A stretch of 63,911 nucleotides of DNA, filler included, from Octopus bimaculoides (Eukaryota), in the NCBI RefSeq assembly GCF_001194135.2. It is 6 parts of 6 records of this genome, joined end to end, with 100 filler letters (N's around TTAATTAATTAA, not from the genome) between each part and the next. Parts side by side here need not be neighbours in the genome. Positions count along the whole stretch, not along the records: positions 1 to 31,662 come from NC_068987.1; 5 more parts are not named here. The stretch is one strand, 5' to 3'. Below are positions 1-12,849 of this stretch, in pieces. The number at the start of each line of letters is the position of its first letter. Positions within the stretch are counted from its first letter, which is position 1. Position numbers and translations under genes: made by a program. The notes under the pieces are model-generated. The model was given only the letters and a program-made list of their open reading frames with translations. It did no database searches and was not told the DNA's origin.

Positions 1-310
1 AAAGACCTGGAAATAGAGATAACTCGAATGTGGAATCTAAAAACAGAAACAATTCCTATCATAGTAGGTGCCTTAGGTATAATAAAAAAATATTCAGACA
101 CATACATAACAAAAACACCAGGACTTACAAATATATATAACATACAGAAAATTGCACTACTGGGTACTGCACACATTCTACGCAAAACACTTTCAATACA
201 GTAAACATAAGAGCACCACAGCAAACCACAGCACATACCCAAGGTGCACAGAGCTGCGCTCGGTAGTGAAGTGAAAGTACGTTATAAAAATAAAACTACT
301 GAATAATAAT
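1..310 (+). mobile_element. 3' end of R4/Dong-type non-LTR retrotransposon (REL endonuclease C-terminus, 3' UTR, AAT tail)
   Basis: KDLEIEITRMWNLKTETIPIIVGALGIIKKYSDTYITKTPGLTNIYNIQKIALLGTAHILRKTL*; ends in (AAT)n. Confidence 0.85.
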
Positions 311-480
311 AATAGTACGAATCCAAATATATGGTACCCTAGGCATAACACCTACATGCACTCCTAACTTGTTGTCTCTTGATGTCTCTGGGTGAGACTT
401 GGATCCAACTTGTACAAATGCAAAACAAACGTCAAACATAAAATAATAATACTAATATTAATAATAATAATAATAATTAT

Positions 481-1041
481 AAAATGCCCGGATACAGTAC
501 CAGGCAGTGGCGCTCATGGCTTCTAATCTTAATTGATTGGAAGTGTTATCATGTACATTGTTTTGTCTTGGTATAAAAAGATGGGTTACAGCAAATATTC
601 TGCTTAATAGCACAGATTTGCTTGTCAGTTGTTTGACCTTAACCATTTGAGCATTCCCTTGGTGGCTGACGATATGTGCATCTCTGATCACGAGTAGAAG
701 TAGTGGGGGGTAGCATCATAGCCATGTGTTGAGAGGAATGATTTGTGGTTTAAATAATTCACTTTTGGGAACATGGGTGTTTTGATCAACATCCTTAAAC
801 AAACCTTATTCAGGGACCTTTTGAGCGGGATGGACTACTCGACCTGAAGAAAATTCTAACTAGGCCCCACCTGCGAGATCATGCACTGTTGATCTTTATA
901 AGTGATCACCATGTCGCGCGCATATGGTTGTGAGGCATGTACCTGGTGTAACCTTCACAGACGAGTAGTGATGATGGGTATAGTGAGCTTCGTATATTTT
1001 ACCCCAGTGTCACTTTGATGGCATGCACTGCTCTTTCACTC

Positions 1042-1045
<4 letters not shown>
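481..1045. repeat. Unclassified non-coding ~560-bp insert flanked on both sides by (AAT)n
   Basis: More GC-rich than the flanks, no credible ORF, sharp boundaries at AAT arrays; probable interspersed repeat. Confidence 0.4.
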
Positions 1046-1091
<46 letters not shown>

Positions 1092-1119
1092 TGATGATGA
1101 TGATGATAATAATAATAAT

Positions 1120-1555
1120 CATAAGGATGGTCGCTCCCGCCGGGTTCGACGTATGCGTGTTTGAAGGGACTGACTTGAAGTTAAAGAGCGTAATAGAAAA
1201 AAAAATCACTAAGAAGTTACATGAATGTGCGATGCATGCTTGAATGTAATTTCAGTCCCGGTTTTTGGATTTTACTATAAAGTCGAAATGGGGACATTGA
1301 TGGCTTTGATTTGCGTGGGATTGCTGAAGTGTATCTGTTGGTTGGGGGCTATAATTCTTCTACTGCTCTTTTTCGTCATATCAAATTGTTTGGATGCATC
1401 GTGACCCATTTTACGCCATGCAGATCGATCTAGGTAATAATTTTCCCAAGATGTCCTGCTTAAGCTGTAGAGATTTTAGTGATTGCTTCAACTTATTTTT
1501 ATACCTAAGTAGAGATCTTACTTTGCCGCGATATTTCTCTACTTGTTGGCCATTT

Positions 1556-1560
<5 letters not shown>
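1120..1560 (-). mobile_element. RTE-clade LINE 3' end
   Basis: Minus strand gives GKVRSLLRYKNKLKQSLK followed by a frameshifted DRSAWRK motif and a decayed Cys/His knuckle, typical of RTE C-termini. Confidence 0.6.
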
Positions 1561-1633
<73 letters not shown>

Positions 1634-2195
1634 GTGTACCTCATAAGATATGACAGTGTAGTGCAGTACATCCGCTGGAATACTTGTAAATACTACAATA
1701 TTAAATCCCATGATAAATTAAATCCCATGGTTGTGGTAATATCCAGAGGATATAGTATATGGTGAAGGCATCACCATCCTTTGGAACTTCACAATGTAAA
1801 CAGACAGAAAAATTGACTCCAATCGACCAGACATTGTGATCAAGGACTATAACAGAGAAACGTTTTCTTAATAGATATATCTGTCCTACAACTTCAAAAT
1901 GTCTCAAGAAAGGAATACAAAAAGGTTTCTCACTATAAAGATCTGCAAATTGAAATCACAAAATGTGGAAGTAATAAAATACCAGTAGTAATTGGTGTTT
2001 TAGGAATGGTAAAGAAGGGAGTCGAGAAGTATATTAAGCAACTCACTGGTAGTAACTCCAATCTATGTGAACTACAAAAGATACTACGGAAAGCGCTCTC
2101 TGTTTAGAATGGAATGAATGTGGTGATAATTTTTGCATTCATAGCAAAACAAAAGTGCCATTGCTAATCTTGGCCTCCAGAGGATGCCTGATACT
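1634..2195 (+). mobile_element. R4/Dong-type LINE 3' fragment
   Basis: Frameshifted RPDIV..D..FLIDISV..KEYKKVSHYKDLQIEI..IPVVIGVLGMVKK REL motifs; flanked by (AAT)n arrays. Confidence 0.75.
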
Positions 2196-2234
2196 AAAGC
2201 AGCTGAAATAAAGTTATAATGAAAAGAAACCATA

Positions 2235-2348
<114 letters not shown>

Positions 2349-2808
2349 TACAAAGGATGCTTTCAATACAAACGACAAGATAAATCAAAACACTGCACAT
2401 ACAAAACACACATAGTACTCTAGACTGTAACAGTGAAAACAATCAATGGAATTATGACTAGTAAGAAACAAATATAAATAATATTCATCACAAAATGAAT
2501 GATAAATTTCTAAGTTATCAGTTTCTATTATTCCTGGGTGAATTTAATCCACTTCGTCAGCAGACTAACATAACATTTGACAACGAGTCACAACACCTAA
2601 AGGTTTATGGAATGTAAGTGCTCTTGTGTATCATCGTGTTATATTTTATATTATACAACGTATAAACTAAATATGCAGCTTCTAGCTTTTTTACATCTAT
2701 TTGGCATTGTCAAAACTGTTAAGAAATAAATCAATACTTGAGGAAGTATGTAGCTAAAGTGAATATCAGCATGTGTGTGTGTGTGTGTGTCAAAGTACGG
2801 ATATGTAT

Positions 2809-2842
<34 letters not shown>

Positions 2843-3012
2843 TTGTGTGTGTGTGTGTGTGTGGTTTTGTATACTCTGAACTGCGTTTTATATTAACGAT
2901 TGTTATATTTGTAGATTTCTATCTGGTGCTCGTATAGCATTCCATTTTTTGTACATGCATCCGTACATACATTCATACGCGCGCATACAAGCAAACACAG
3001 ACAAACACACGT

Positions 3013-3056
<44 letters not shown>

Positions 3057-3423
3057 ACTCACAAATACACACATACATATGTATATATATATGCTTGTGA
3101 ATGAGTATTGTACAGATTTGCATTTCGGTTCGTTTACATATTCGCGTATGTGAGACAAAGCGGCAGAAATTTGATATATAAATCCGGATGTGGAGACAAC
3201 TCGAACAGTTTCTCGGGTAAATTCATAAATTAAGTGCATAATTAAACATTTTATGAACGAAAGTGTAAAATATAAATTATATAAAAATAACTTATCTCTT
3301 TTAGTGAGAGTCATCCGTACTTTTCTCTGCTTATATATTTATGTATTTTCATGTCATCCTGCCTTCTCAAATATTTAAGACATTTTTTCATTACTAATAT
3401 TTTTTAATGTTTTCCTATTGCAG

Positions 3424-3561
3424 TGCGACATGGCTGTTGCTACCCGCTTATTCTTTGATATGATGCATGAAAACACAACTAAAATCATACTATTTGGTGA
3501 CGCATGTTTTAACGTGACAGGACCAATGGTGCAAATTTCAAAATGGTGGAATATGTCGCAG
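3424..3561 (+). CDS. GABBR2-like: Internal exon of a GABA-B receptor subunit 2-like class C GPCR (Venus flytrap/ANF-receptor domain)
   Basis: tttcctattgcag acceptor and CAG|gtatat donor; 138 bp, phase 0-0; translates CDMAVATRLFFDMMHENTTKIILFGDACFNVTGPMVQISKWWNMSQ. From recall this aligns with GABA-B2 [46 protein letters not shown], with the same Cys-x26-Cys spacing and the same exon boundaries. Confidence 0.88.
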
Positions 3562-3639
3562 GTATATTTTATCAATTTTTTTTATGTGTATTACAATCAA
3601 CAGAGGCAATAAAATAAATGTTGCTTACTATTTTGGATA

Positions 3640-4000
3640 TGTTATTGTGTGAAATACAGGATACATGTGCTTTTAGTTTTCTGTTATTTCTCTGCAGCCT
3701 CGCTGGTGCATCGTCTTCGAGGGTTTTACAAGGAAAATCAACACCAAGGGTTATTGTTTGAAGCCTAATATTCCTTCTATCGGTGTCTTTTGTTGAAACA
3801 CTAAGTTACGTATGCGTATACACACCAACACCAAATGAAAACGAAAGAATGAATGAGACCTCAATATTATATAACTAGAGGAATTTATCTGTAATATAAT
3901 ATGAGACAATTCTTCTGTTTGCCATAATAATACACCGAGCTTCGGCTGTCGGGCGGAAATCTGCTCTGGCATGTCGTCAGTTATTAAGACATACAAAAAT
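3640..4000 (-). mobile_element. Degenerate piggyBac-like transposase fragment
   Basis: Minus strand QISARQPKLGVLLWQ resembles piggyBac QYxPxKPxKxGxKxW, then LVKP...REITEN resembles LVxP..RNITxDN. Part of it (3840-3910) recurs in opposite orientation at about 62477-62545. Confidence 0.4.
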
Positions 4001-4284
4001 GATATGAAAATGATCGTTACAGAAAGGGAAATTACTATGTAAATGACTGTTATTATGAAAAAGAAAAAAAAGCTATTAGAATGACCGTTAAAGGGGAAAA
4101 AACCCAAAGGGAAGGAAGAAAAGAAAAACGCTTATAGAATTCACGTATGTTGCATGTGCATACATACACATGTGCGCACGCACACCCACGTACATGTGCC
4201 TATATGCATATGCTCACTCCCACTCGCTTGAAACACATATATGCATACCTACACACACGCCTATATGTGCATACACACACACAA

Positions 4285-4318
<34 letters not shown>

Positions 4319-4437
4319 GGATATGCCCATACGCGTACAAATATGTTCATATACACGTCTATATACGAACATGCACTAATACATGCAGGGTGAAATGTAA
4401 TATACAGATAAAAATATGTAAAAATATATAATGCAAT

Positions 4438-4604
4438 AGGCGCAGGAGTGGCTGTGTGGTAAGTAGCTTGCTCACCAACCTCATGGTTCCGGGTTCAGTC
4501 CCACTGCGTGGCACCTTGGCCATGTGTCTTCTACTATAGCCTCGGGCCGACCCAAGTCTTGTGAGTGGTTTTAGTAGACGGAAACTGAAAGAAGCCCGTC
4601 GTAT
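4438..4604 (+). mobile_element. tRNA-derived SINE family A (head and core), truncated by gap
   Basis: A-box-like TGGCTGTGTGG, B-box GGTTCAGTCCC, core ccttggccatgtgtcttctactatagcc; homologous copies at 28481-28960, 49980-50130, 52692-53100, 54572-54728 and 62271-62435. Confidence 0.85.
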
Positions 4605-5349
4605 TTATATATANNNNNNNNNNNNNNNNNNNNNNNNNNNNNNNNNNNNNNNNNNNNNNNNNNNNNNNNNNNNNNNNNNNNNNNNNNNNNNNNNNNNNNN
4701 NNNNNNNNNNNNNNNNNNNNNNNNNNNNNNNNNNNNNNNNNNNNNNNNNNNNNNNNNNNNNNNNNNNNNNNNNNNNNNNNNNNNNNNNNNNNNNNNNNNN
4801 NNNNNNNNNNNNNNNNNNNNNNNNNNNNNNNNNNNNNNNNNNNNNNNNNNNNNNNNNNNNNNNNNNNNNNNNNNNNNNNNNNNNNNNNNNNNNNNNNNNN
4901 NNNNNNNNNNNNNNNNNNNNNNNNNNNNNNNNNNNNNNNNNNNNNNNNNNNNNNNNNNNNNNNNNNNNNNNNNNNNNNNNNNNNNNNNNNNNNNNNNNNN
5001 NNNNNNNNNNNNNNNNNNNNNNNNNNNNNNNNNNNNNNNNNNNNNNNNNNNNNNNNNNNNNNNNNNNNNNNNNNNNNNNNNNNNNNNNNNNNNNNNNNNN
5101 NNNNNNNNNNNNNNNNNNNNNNNNNNNNNNNNNNNNNNNNNNNNNNNNNNNNNNNNNNNNNNNNNNNNNNNNNNNNNNNNNNNNNNNNNNNNNNNNNNNN
5201 NNNNNNNNNNNNNNNNNNNNNNNNNNNNNNNNNNNNNNNNNNNNNNNNNNNNNNNNNNNNNNNNNNNNNNNNNNNNNNNNNNNNNNNNNNNNNNNNNNNN
5301 NNNNNNNNNNNNNNNNNNNNNNNNNNNNNNNNNNNNNNNNNNNNNNNNN

Positions 5350-5388
<39 letters not shown>

Positions 5389-5410
5389 TATATATGTATT
5401 TGTGTATATA

Positions 5411-5497
5411 TGCGACGGGCTTCTTTCAGTTTCCGTCTGCCAAATCCATGCGAAAGACATTTGTCGGCAGTAGGCTATAGAAGAAGGCACTTGCCCA
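5411..5497 (-). mobile_element. SINE family A fragment
   Basis: cgacgggcttctttcagtttccgtc...cttgcccaa is the reverse complement of the family core. Confidence 0.75.
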
Positions 5498-6109
5498 AAA
5501 GAACAAATTGTTCGGAGAAAATCAGGCTGTCATTTACAAATTTCATATCGCATGGCTTCTTATACTTTCATCATCAGAAAGGAAAACTTTTAGGAGCCCT
5601 AGAAAATTACACAAGGTATATAAATCAAAGATATGATATAGAAATGTATGATTCACACCCCACATCGTGTATCTTTTACATGCTTTAATCATTAGACTGT
5701 GGCCATGCTGGGGTACGTTTCGTGTTGTAAATTCATTTTATCTTTTTCTTAATTAAGTTAGTTCAAAGCAGAGGATATATAGTGGTAGGCAGAAATTCAG
5801 ACGATGGTTTAAATAACAACTTATCTTCCTCTTTATATATGAAAGGATTATCTTGAATGAGTTATCTTCAGTTTACTGTAGAGAATATATTTTACCGAAG
5901 TAAATAATCTAAGACAGTTCAAATACTTCAAACAGAGATAGTGGTTGTAGAATCAAACTGTTTAATAAATTCAACATTGTGTATATCGTTGTGGTTTGAG
6001 ACGGAATGTCAGTTATAATCTGGTGTAGGGATTGTCGATACTACGATACTGGACCTTAAAAGCTATGTTGTTCAGAATAAGAAAAGTATATTATCGTTAA
6101 CTAGCGATC

Positions 6110-6755
6110 TCCAAAAGTGACCGAAAGAGTATAAATCAAAGAGAAAATAAGGAACAACAGGGCTAAGAGTTGTAAGGTAATAGAACTGCATGGGCAATTC
6201 ATGCAGCAAGCTGAGAATGTCGGAAGTAAAGATCGCTGGCACTAGTTGAGGAAAGGGAACTCGAAATGAGAGACAGTAGAGCTAATTATAGCCGCTCAGG
6301 AACACGTCATCAGAACACACCTGATCAAGGCAAAGATCGACAAAACTCGGTCAATCAACAAACGCAGACTTCTGAGGAAAGGAGACGAAAGTATCAATTA
6401 CCTTTGAGTGAGTTCAGTATACTAGCACGAAAGGAGTATACACGCAGAAATGTATATGTTGGTAAAAGAATTACATCGTGATGTAACTTTTTACCTCGAT
6501 GTGTGACTCTAAAACAACAAAAACGTGGTATGGACACGTACCAGAGGCTGTGATAAAAAATAGAATTACGAGATCTTGAGGGATTTCCTCGTAAAGACCG
6601 ACCCTACTATTGAAACAAGAAGATCTGATATGATCATAGAAGACAAAATAAGCAAACAGTAGAAGATCATAGTTTGTAAGCAGCTCCCATAGTTCTCAAA
6701 CCACGGAGAGTGGTAACATACTGACAAGAAACAGCAAAGGTGATACAAAATCTCC
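6110..6755 (+). mobile_element. R4/Dong-type LINE C-terminal fragment
   Basis: LHGQF..LRKGNSK*ETVELIIAAQE motif followed by a decayed zinc finger and LARKEYTRR. Confidence 0.7.
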
Positions 6756-6759
6756 TTGA

Positions 6760-8240
6760 TAGATTCTGCTCTTGATATCGACTAGTCCTGTTTCCTTTCC
6801 ACCTGATGTCAAGACGGCCTTTTATTTTCTCTTGTTTTTGAAATCATATTTCATATTTTAGCTGCCTCGACCTTCTCGAAGTACTTTAGAATCCACGAGC
6901 GAGTAAACATATCATATGCCATTTTATAGTTAATCCGAAACTTTTATAGACTTTTCAACCTTCTCTCTGTTCATTTACTAGCAGTTCATTTGTTTCGAGA
7001 TGGTTGTACAATTCAATTTCCTTCTCGATTATTCCTGTTAGAAGCTTTCACATCATAGATATACAAGCAATGGGACGACAGTTGTTGGTCACTATACCCG
7101 TGGATGCGTCCTTCTGAATCATCAAATTTCTTTCTTTAAATATCCATTCTTGTACACAGCCTTGCATGAGTGTTTGTACCTTAGTATGTACATTCGACAA
7201 AAACTTCAACCAAAAATCCTTGGACAGTTTCGGCCCAACAATCTTTGAATTTTTCATCTCACCAACTCCAATTTGTATATCTTCCAGCATGATGGTAATG
7301 TCCTCTTGTATCTCCATGTCAGTTGTTTCTATAGTCAGGTAACTCTGCTCCTACTTTATCGCTTCCAAAGGCATCTATCCTCGAAACTTTTTGTTCTTAA
7401 ATCTACTAGGTTTCATCCCCTTGTTTTAAAACCTCCAACATAAATAGAGTGCTCTTATCCACCAGGTTCTATTAAGTACTCATGTTGCTTTGTTCTGCTT
7501 CCTTGTGACTCACATTCCATCTGCTCTCTTTCTCGGTCTAGCTTAAATCTTTCCGCCATGTATAGATGCTTTTATTTTCCTTTTACGGAATGTTTGTATG
7601 TTTATCTGCTCTATATTTTCTCTAAATATCTGTATGATGGCATACTTCAAATATTTTAACTCGGTTTTGTTCTTTCTTACAACTTACATTTACTTTCCTT
7701 TTTTCAGATGTTCACTTTGCCCTATCACATGACTTCAAAAGCATATAGTTCTGGACTAATTTCTTGCTGTAAATCTCTACTTTGAGGTCCATTAACATCT
7801 TCTGTATATATTAGACTGTCCACTCTATGCTCAAGTTATGTACATTCTCTTGTTCCATGGGCATGTCTTCTGGACCAGTAGTCACATGCAGTAACTTTCG
7901 TACTTCCATTATAGTCTCCTCTTGTTATATCTTCTCTAACCACTATTTGATCTTAATTTGCCTAATCTGATCAGCCAAATCTTTTTCCGCTCACATTCGT
8001 CAGCTCATTATATGGATAATAGTTTTTTCCAGCGCTCCAATAAACTTTTCCGAAACCCTTTATTTTTATCCGACTCATTCCTAATATGATATTTAAACAA
8101 CAATTTGTTGTTCTCTTTTGTCCATTTAAAACTCTTTCGTTGTTGTGGTTCAGCAATAACTTGATTACGACCGGGCCTGTGTGGTTGTTCCTTAGAACCT
8201 GCCGGGCGTGACACATTCGCTTAAAGCTCATTCTCGTGGT
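6760..8240 (-). mobile_element. R4/Dong-type LINE N-terminal to RT fragment
   Basis: KWTKENNKLLFKY..KGFRKSLLERWK N-terminus; FWLKFLSNVH..NNCRPIACISMM; YDMFTRSWIL RT motifs; many stops and frameshifts. Confidence 0.75.
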
Positions 8241-8359
8241 CGTTGTTAGGTTTACATTACCTTGTCTACATTTCTTCATAAATAAATTACTCATTTTAAG
8301 ATTTCTACTAATCAGTAGTTATATCATTTTACCAACATTAGAGATGTTGTTAGCTAAGA

Positions 8360-8730
8360 CATTATTATTATCATTATTTAGTAGACTTATTTCTATCACG
8401 TGCATTCACTGCACTACCAATCAGAGCTCTGTGTACTTTGGGTATGATTTGTGGTTTATTGTACTAACAAGCACAGCTCTGTGTACTTTGGGTATGATTT
8501 GTGATTTGTTGTGGAGATCTTATTTTCGCAGTATTGAATGTGTTTTACGTAGGGTGTGTGCGGTGCCTATTAGTGCTATTGTCTATATGCTATATATACT
8601 TGTAAGTCCTGGAGATTTCGTTATGTATTTGTCTGAATATTTTGTTTTTTTAATCATACGTAATGAGCCTACTATATTAGGTCTTGCCTTTGTTTTAAGG
8701 CTCCGCATTTCAGTTACCACTATTGCCAAA
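8360..8730 (-). mobile_element. R4/Dong-type LINE 3' end with internal ~48-bp duplication in the 3' UTR
   Basis: Reverse complement of the 1-310 element (KKTKYSDKYITKSPGLTSIYSI); agctctgtgtactttgggtatgatttgtg occurs twice. Confidence 0.8.
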
Positions 8731-8734
8731 TCAT

Positions 8735-9940
<1,206 letters not shown>

Positions 9941-9981
9941 TATTATTATCATCAATAGTATTATTATTATTATTATTCTTC

Positions 9982-10061
<80 letters not shown>

Positions 10062-10879
10062 GCTGTTGTTGTTATTATTTCCTGCATTTGCCTGCAGCAT
10101 TAATACTATGGTATTTCAAGTGTGTTTAGCATCGATTTTATCGCATACACAGAAGTGTATCATTCCTTAAAGATGTCGCCCTATAGATAAAACTGATTTA
10201 TTTTTATCATAATCCGCATATCTTGATAGAATGTAGGTATTGAAATTCCTCGCAAAATAAACTGAAATATGAAGGTCATTCCCCATATATACAGTCATAC
10301 ATTTCTTTAGACTTATCTTGTGAAATGTAGAGAAAAAAACAAGTTAAAATTTTAAAACAGTTGCATGTCTCTTGAACATAGATATTCCACTTTAAATCAT
10401 TAGCGAATTATTAGACAAAATTCCAAATATAAATGAATTATTTTGAAATGATTGTAATCTTTCATACTCGAAGTTCTCCCCCATGTTTATTATCATTACA
10501 CGAGAATAAACATGAAGTTACACAAGAGTAGACAGAATAAATTCATTTTCCGAAGAAATAAGTTTGATACAAAATTTCTGAAATCAAAAATCGGAAGCAG
10601 TATAACTAACCGGCATAATCGAATTCTGCGTCGACAGTGTGCATAGATACTTACACGTAGAATATACAACAGCATAATGGGGGTAAATTTTAACAGTGTA
10701 TAAGCATTATGGATGATAGAATAAAAGAAACTGATTCCATTAATAAAACTTGCTAGCACATCAAGTAAATATAAGAAAGCTTCATATCACATCATATAAT
10801 GGTACTTTTCAAAGGAAGTATTAAGAAACAAATATTTTATAAATTATATTCAAAGAAACAGAGAATTGCCATCACCATC

Positions 10880-11100
10880 AAGTATCGTCTGGTTGAATAA
10901 AGTGCATCGACATCTCCATTACTTTTCTGTAGCTTTATATATCCTGTATTATTCTTTGCTAGCCCTCTCAATTTTTCCATTCAATTTGCCTTCTATTAAT
11001 ACTTAGTGTAAGTATCCTAAATGTGTTAGTTTCTTTAGTATACTGACGTGACGTGGTTTATTGCTCTGTCCACGATATCCTCCCGAGTCTTCCACTACCA
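10880..11100 (-). mobile_element. RTE/L2-like LINE 3' fragment
   Basis: Minus strand RLGRISWTEQ and IEGKLNGKIER resemble RMLRISWTEKxTN and IEGKxxGKRxRGRP. Confidence 0.4.
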
Positions 11101-11499
11101 TTAACTGTAGTTACAATATTGCAAATAATTCTACTGCAATACACTTATTGATTCAAAAAAGAAATATTAAAGATAATTCAAGGAGTTACCATAGTTCCTT
11201 CCTAATAAACTATGCTTAAAATAGTACACATTTTCTCAGTTACTTTTAGGTTGGGACACATTAATAAGAAGAAATATTTAAGCTATTTTTTCATTCAAGT
11301 GTTACTTTTTTACAGTGGAGCTCTTCGAGTACAATTTTTTGTCATAGTGAAATTCTGTGAACTATTGCGTTTCATGTAGAACATGAATAACAAATTGATA
11401 AAACGTAAAATATAATTAAGCCACAATATAATTATATTTAAAATACATAACTAAATTACAATCTCCCTTCTATAAACATATATGGCTTTAGCAACATCT

Positions 11500-12170
11500 T
11501 TACAGGAAGCACAAGGAAGCTATAATCATCTACACAGATGATTGTCGTTTCCACGTACTTCCTTTTGTCAATGGTATTTGTGAATTTCTGTTAATAGATT
11601 TCCATATGACTATTCAATACAGCCGCAGGTCTGCAAGGTATGAAGCATAGGTGAAGATGAAAGCTGTAACATATTGTGCTCTTTGAATTGGTTATACGAG
11701 AGCATGTCGCACTTCCATCACTGTAGGACTTTCAGTAGAAAGAATAAGAAATGAGATCATTGTAAAGGGACCTCTGCACGTCAATAGATTATGGCGATAA
11801 AAGGTCGTAAGGTCGAAGTACACCTTCCGAGTCTCTATAATTAATCGCTACTGACAGGCCGAATCGAAGTGGCCAGTAATTAGGTGAAACTGCATATTGT
11901 ACATCAGTGTGTCCCCCTTTTAGAAGGATGCTGTTCCAACAGTATCAAGTTCCTAAAGTCCAGTGGTTTTATTGCGTGGCTTGACACTAACCCAAAATAT
12001 TTCTGCATAAACGCATTTAGGTGTATTGTCATTACATGTTCTAGTTAAATCAGAGCGGGGGTACTAATAGGTGCAACTGCTCAAGGTCAGACTAGACTTG
12101 GAGATGCTAGGGGCTAAGCGGTGAAGATGAACGCTGGAATTCCAGAACCAAAGCCTCATCATCAGTTGCA
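11500..12170 (-). mobile_element. Highly degenerate CR1/L2-like RT fragment
   Basis: Weak similarity by eye (RHNLL..., QRAQYVTAFIFTYASYLADL vs QGSVLGPLLFxIYIxDL, IICVDD vs YADD). Confidence 0.35.
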
Positions 12171-12386
12171 CTTTAAATACATAGCGAGGACAAATATACA
12201 TAAATACATGTAGGTATGTATACATAAATAAATGAATAATTAAATAAATATATATATATATATANNNNNNNNNNNNNNNNNNNNNNNNNNNNNNNNNNNN
12301 NNNNNNNNNNNNNNNNNNNNNNNNNNNNNNNNNNNNNNNNNNNNNNNNNNNNNNNNNNNNNNNNNNNNNNNNNNNNNNNNNNNNNN

Positions 12387-12424
<38 letters not shown>

Positions 12425-12849
12425 TATTTCAGCTAATGCTTCTTCATATTCCACAAAAGGCAATGACTTTTAAACCACAGCTGCTTTGAAAACAATATAT
12501 TTCCCGCCCGACATCTCGTAGGTTCAGAAAGAAAAAGGTTTAATATTGTTGAGATGCTGGGCGATTGGGATAAAATATTACAGTGACATCATTGTATCGA
12601 ATACATCAGAAATAGACATGATAAGCATTATAAGGTATAAATTACAAGATAGTAAAAGAAATGGGCTTGACATTGTTTACTGGTTGCTATTCAGCGATTG
12701 TAAAATAAGTATTAGGGTAACAGTGGTATTCTTATTAAGATACATGTGTTTAAATACTGTTCATATTTCTTGCCAAAAAGTGTTCAGAGAAAAGGGGTCC
12801 TAAAATGTCGGTGTTAGGTAGTAAAGCGCACATGACCAATGTTATGTTA

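Noticed and set aside
3698-3796. Strong acceptor 136 bp after the GABA-B exon, with a shifted frame LAGASSSRVLQGK loosely resembling GABA-B exon 3
   Set aside because: Out of phase with the donor, and the in-phase frame stops after 32 non-homologous codons; the minus strand is better explained as a piggyBac remnant.
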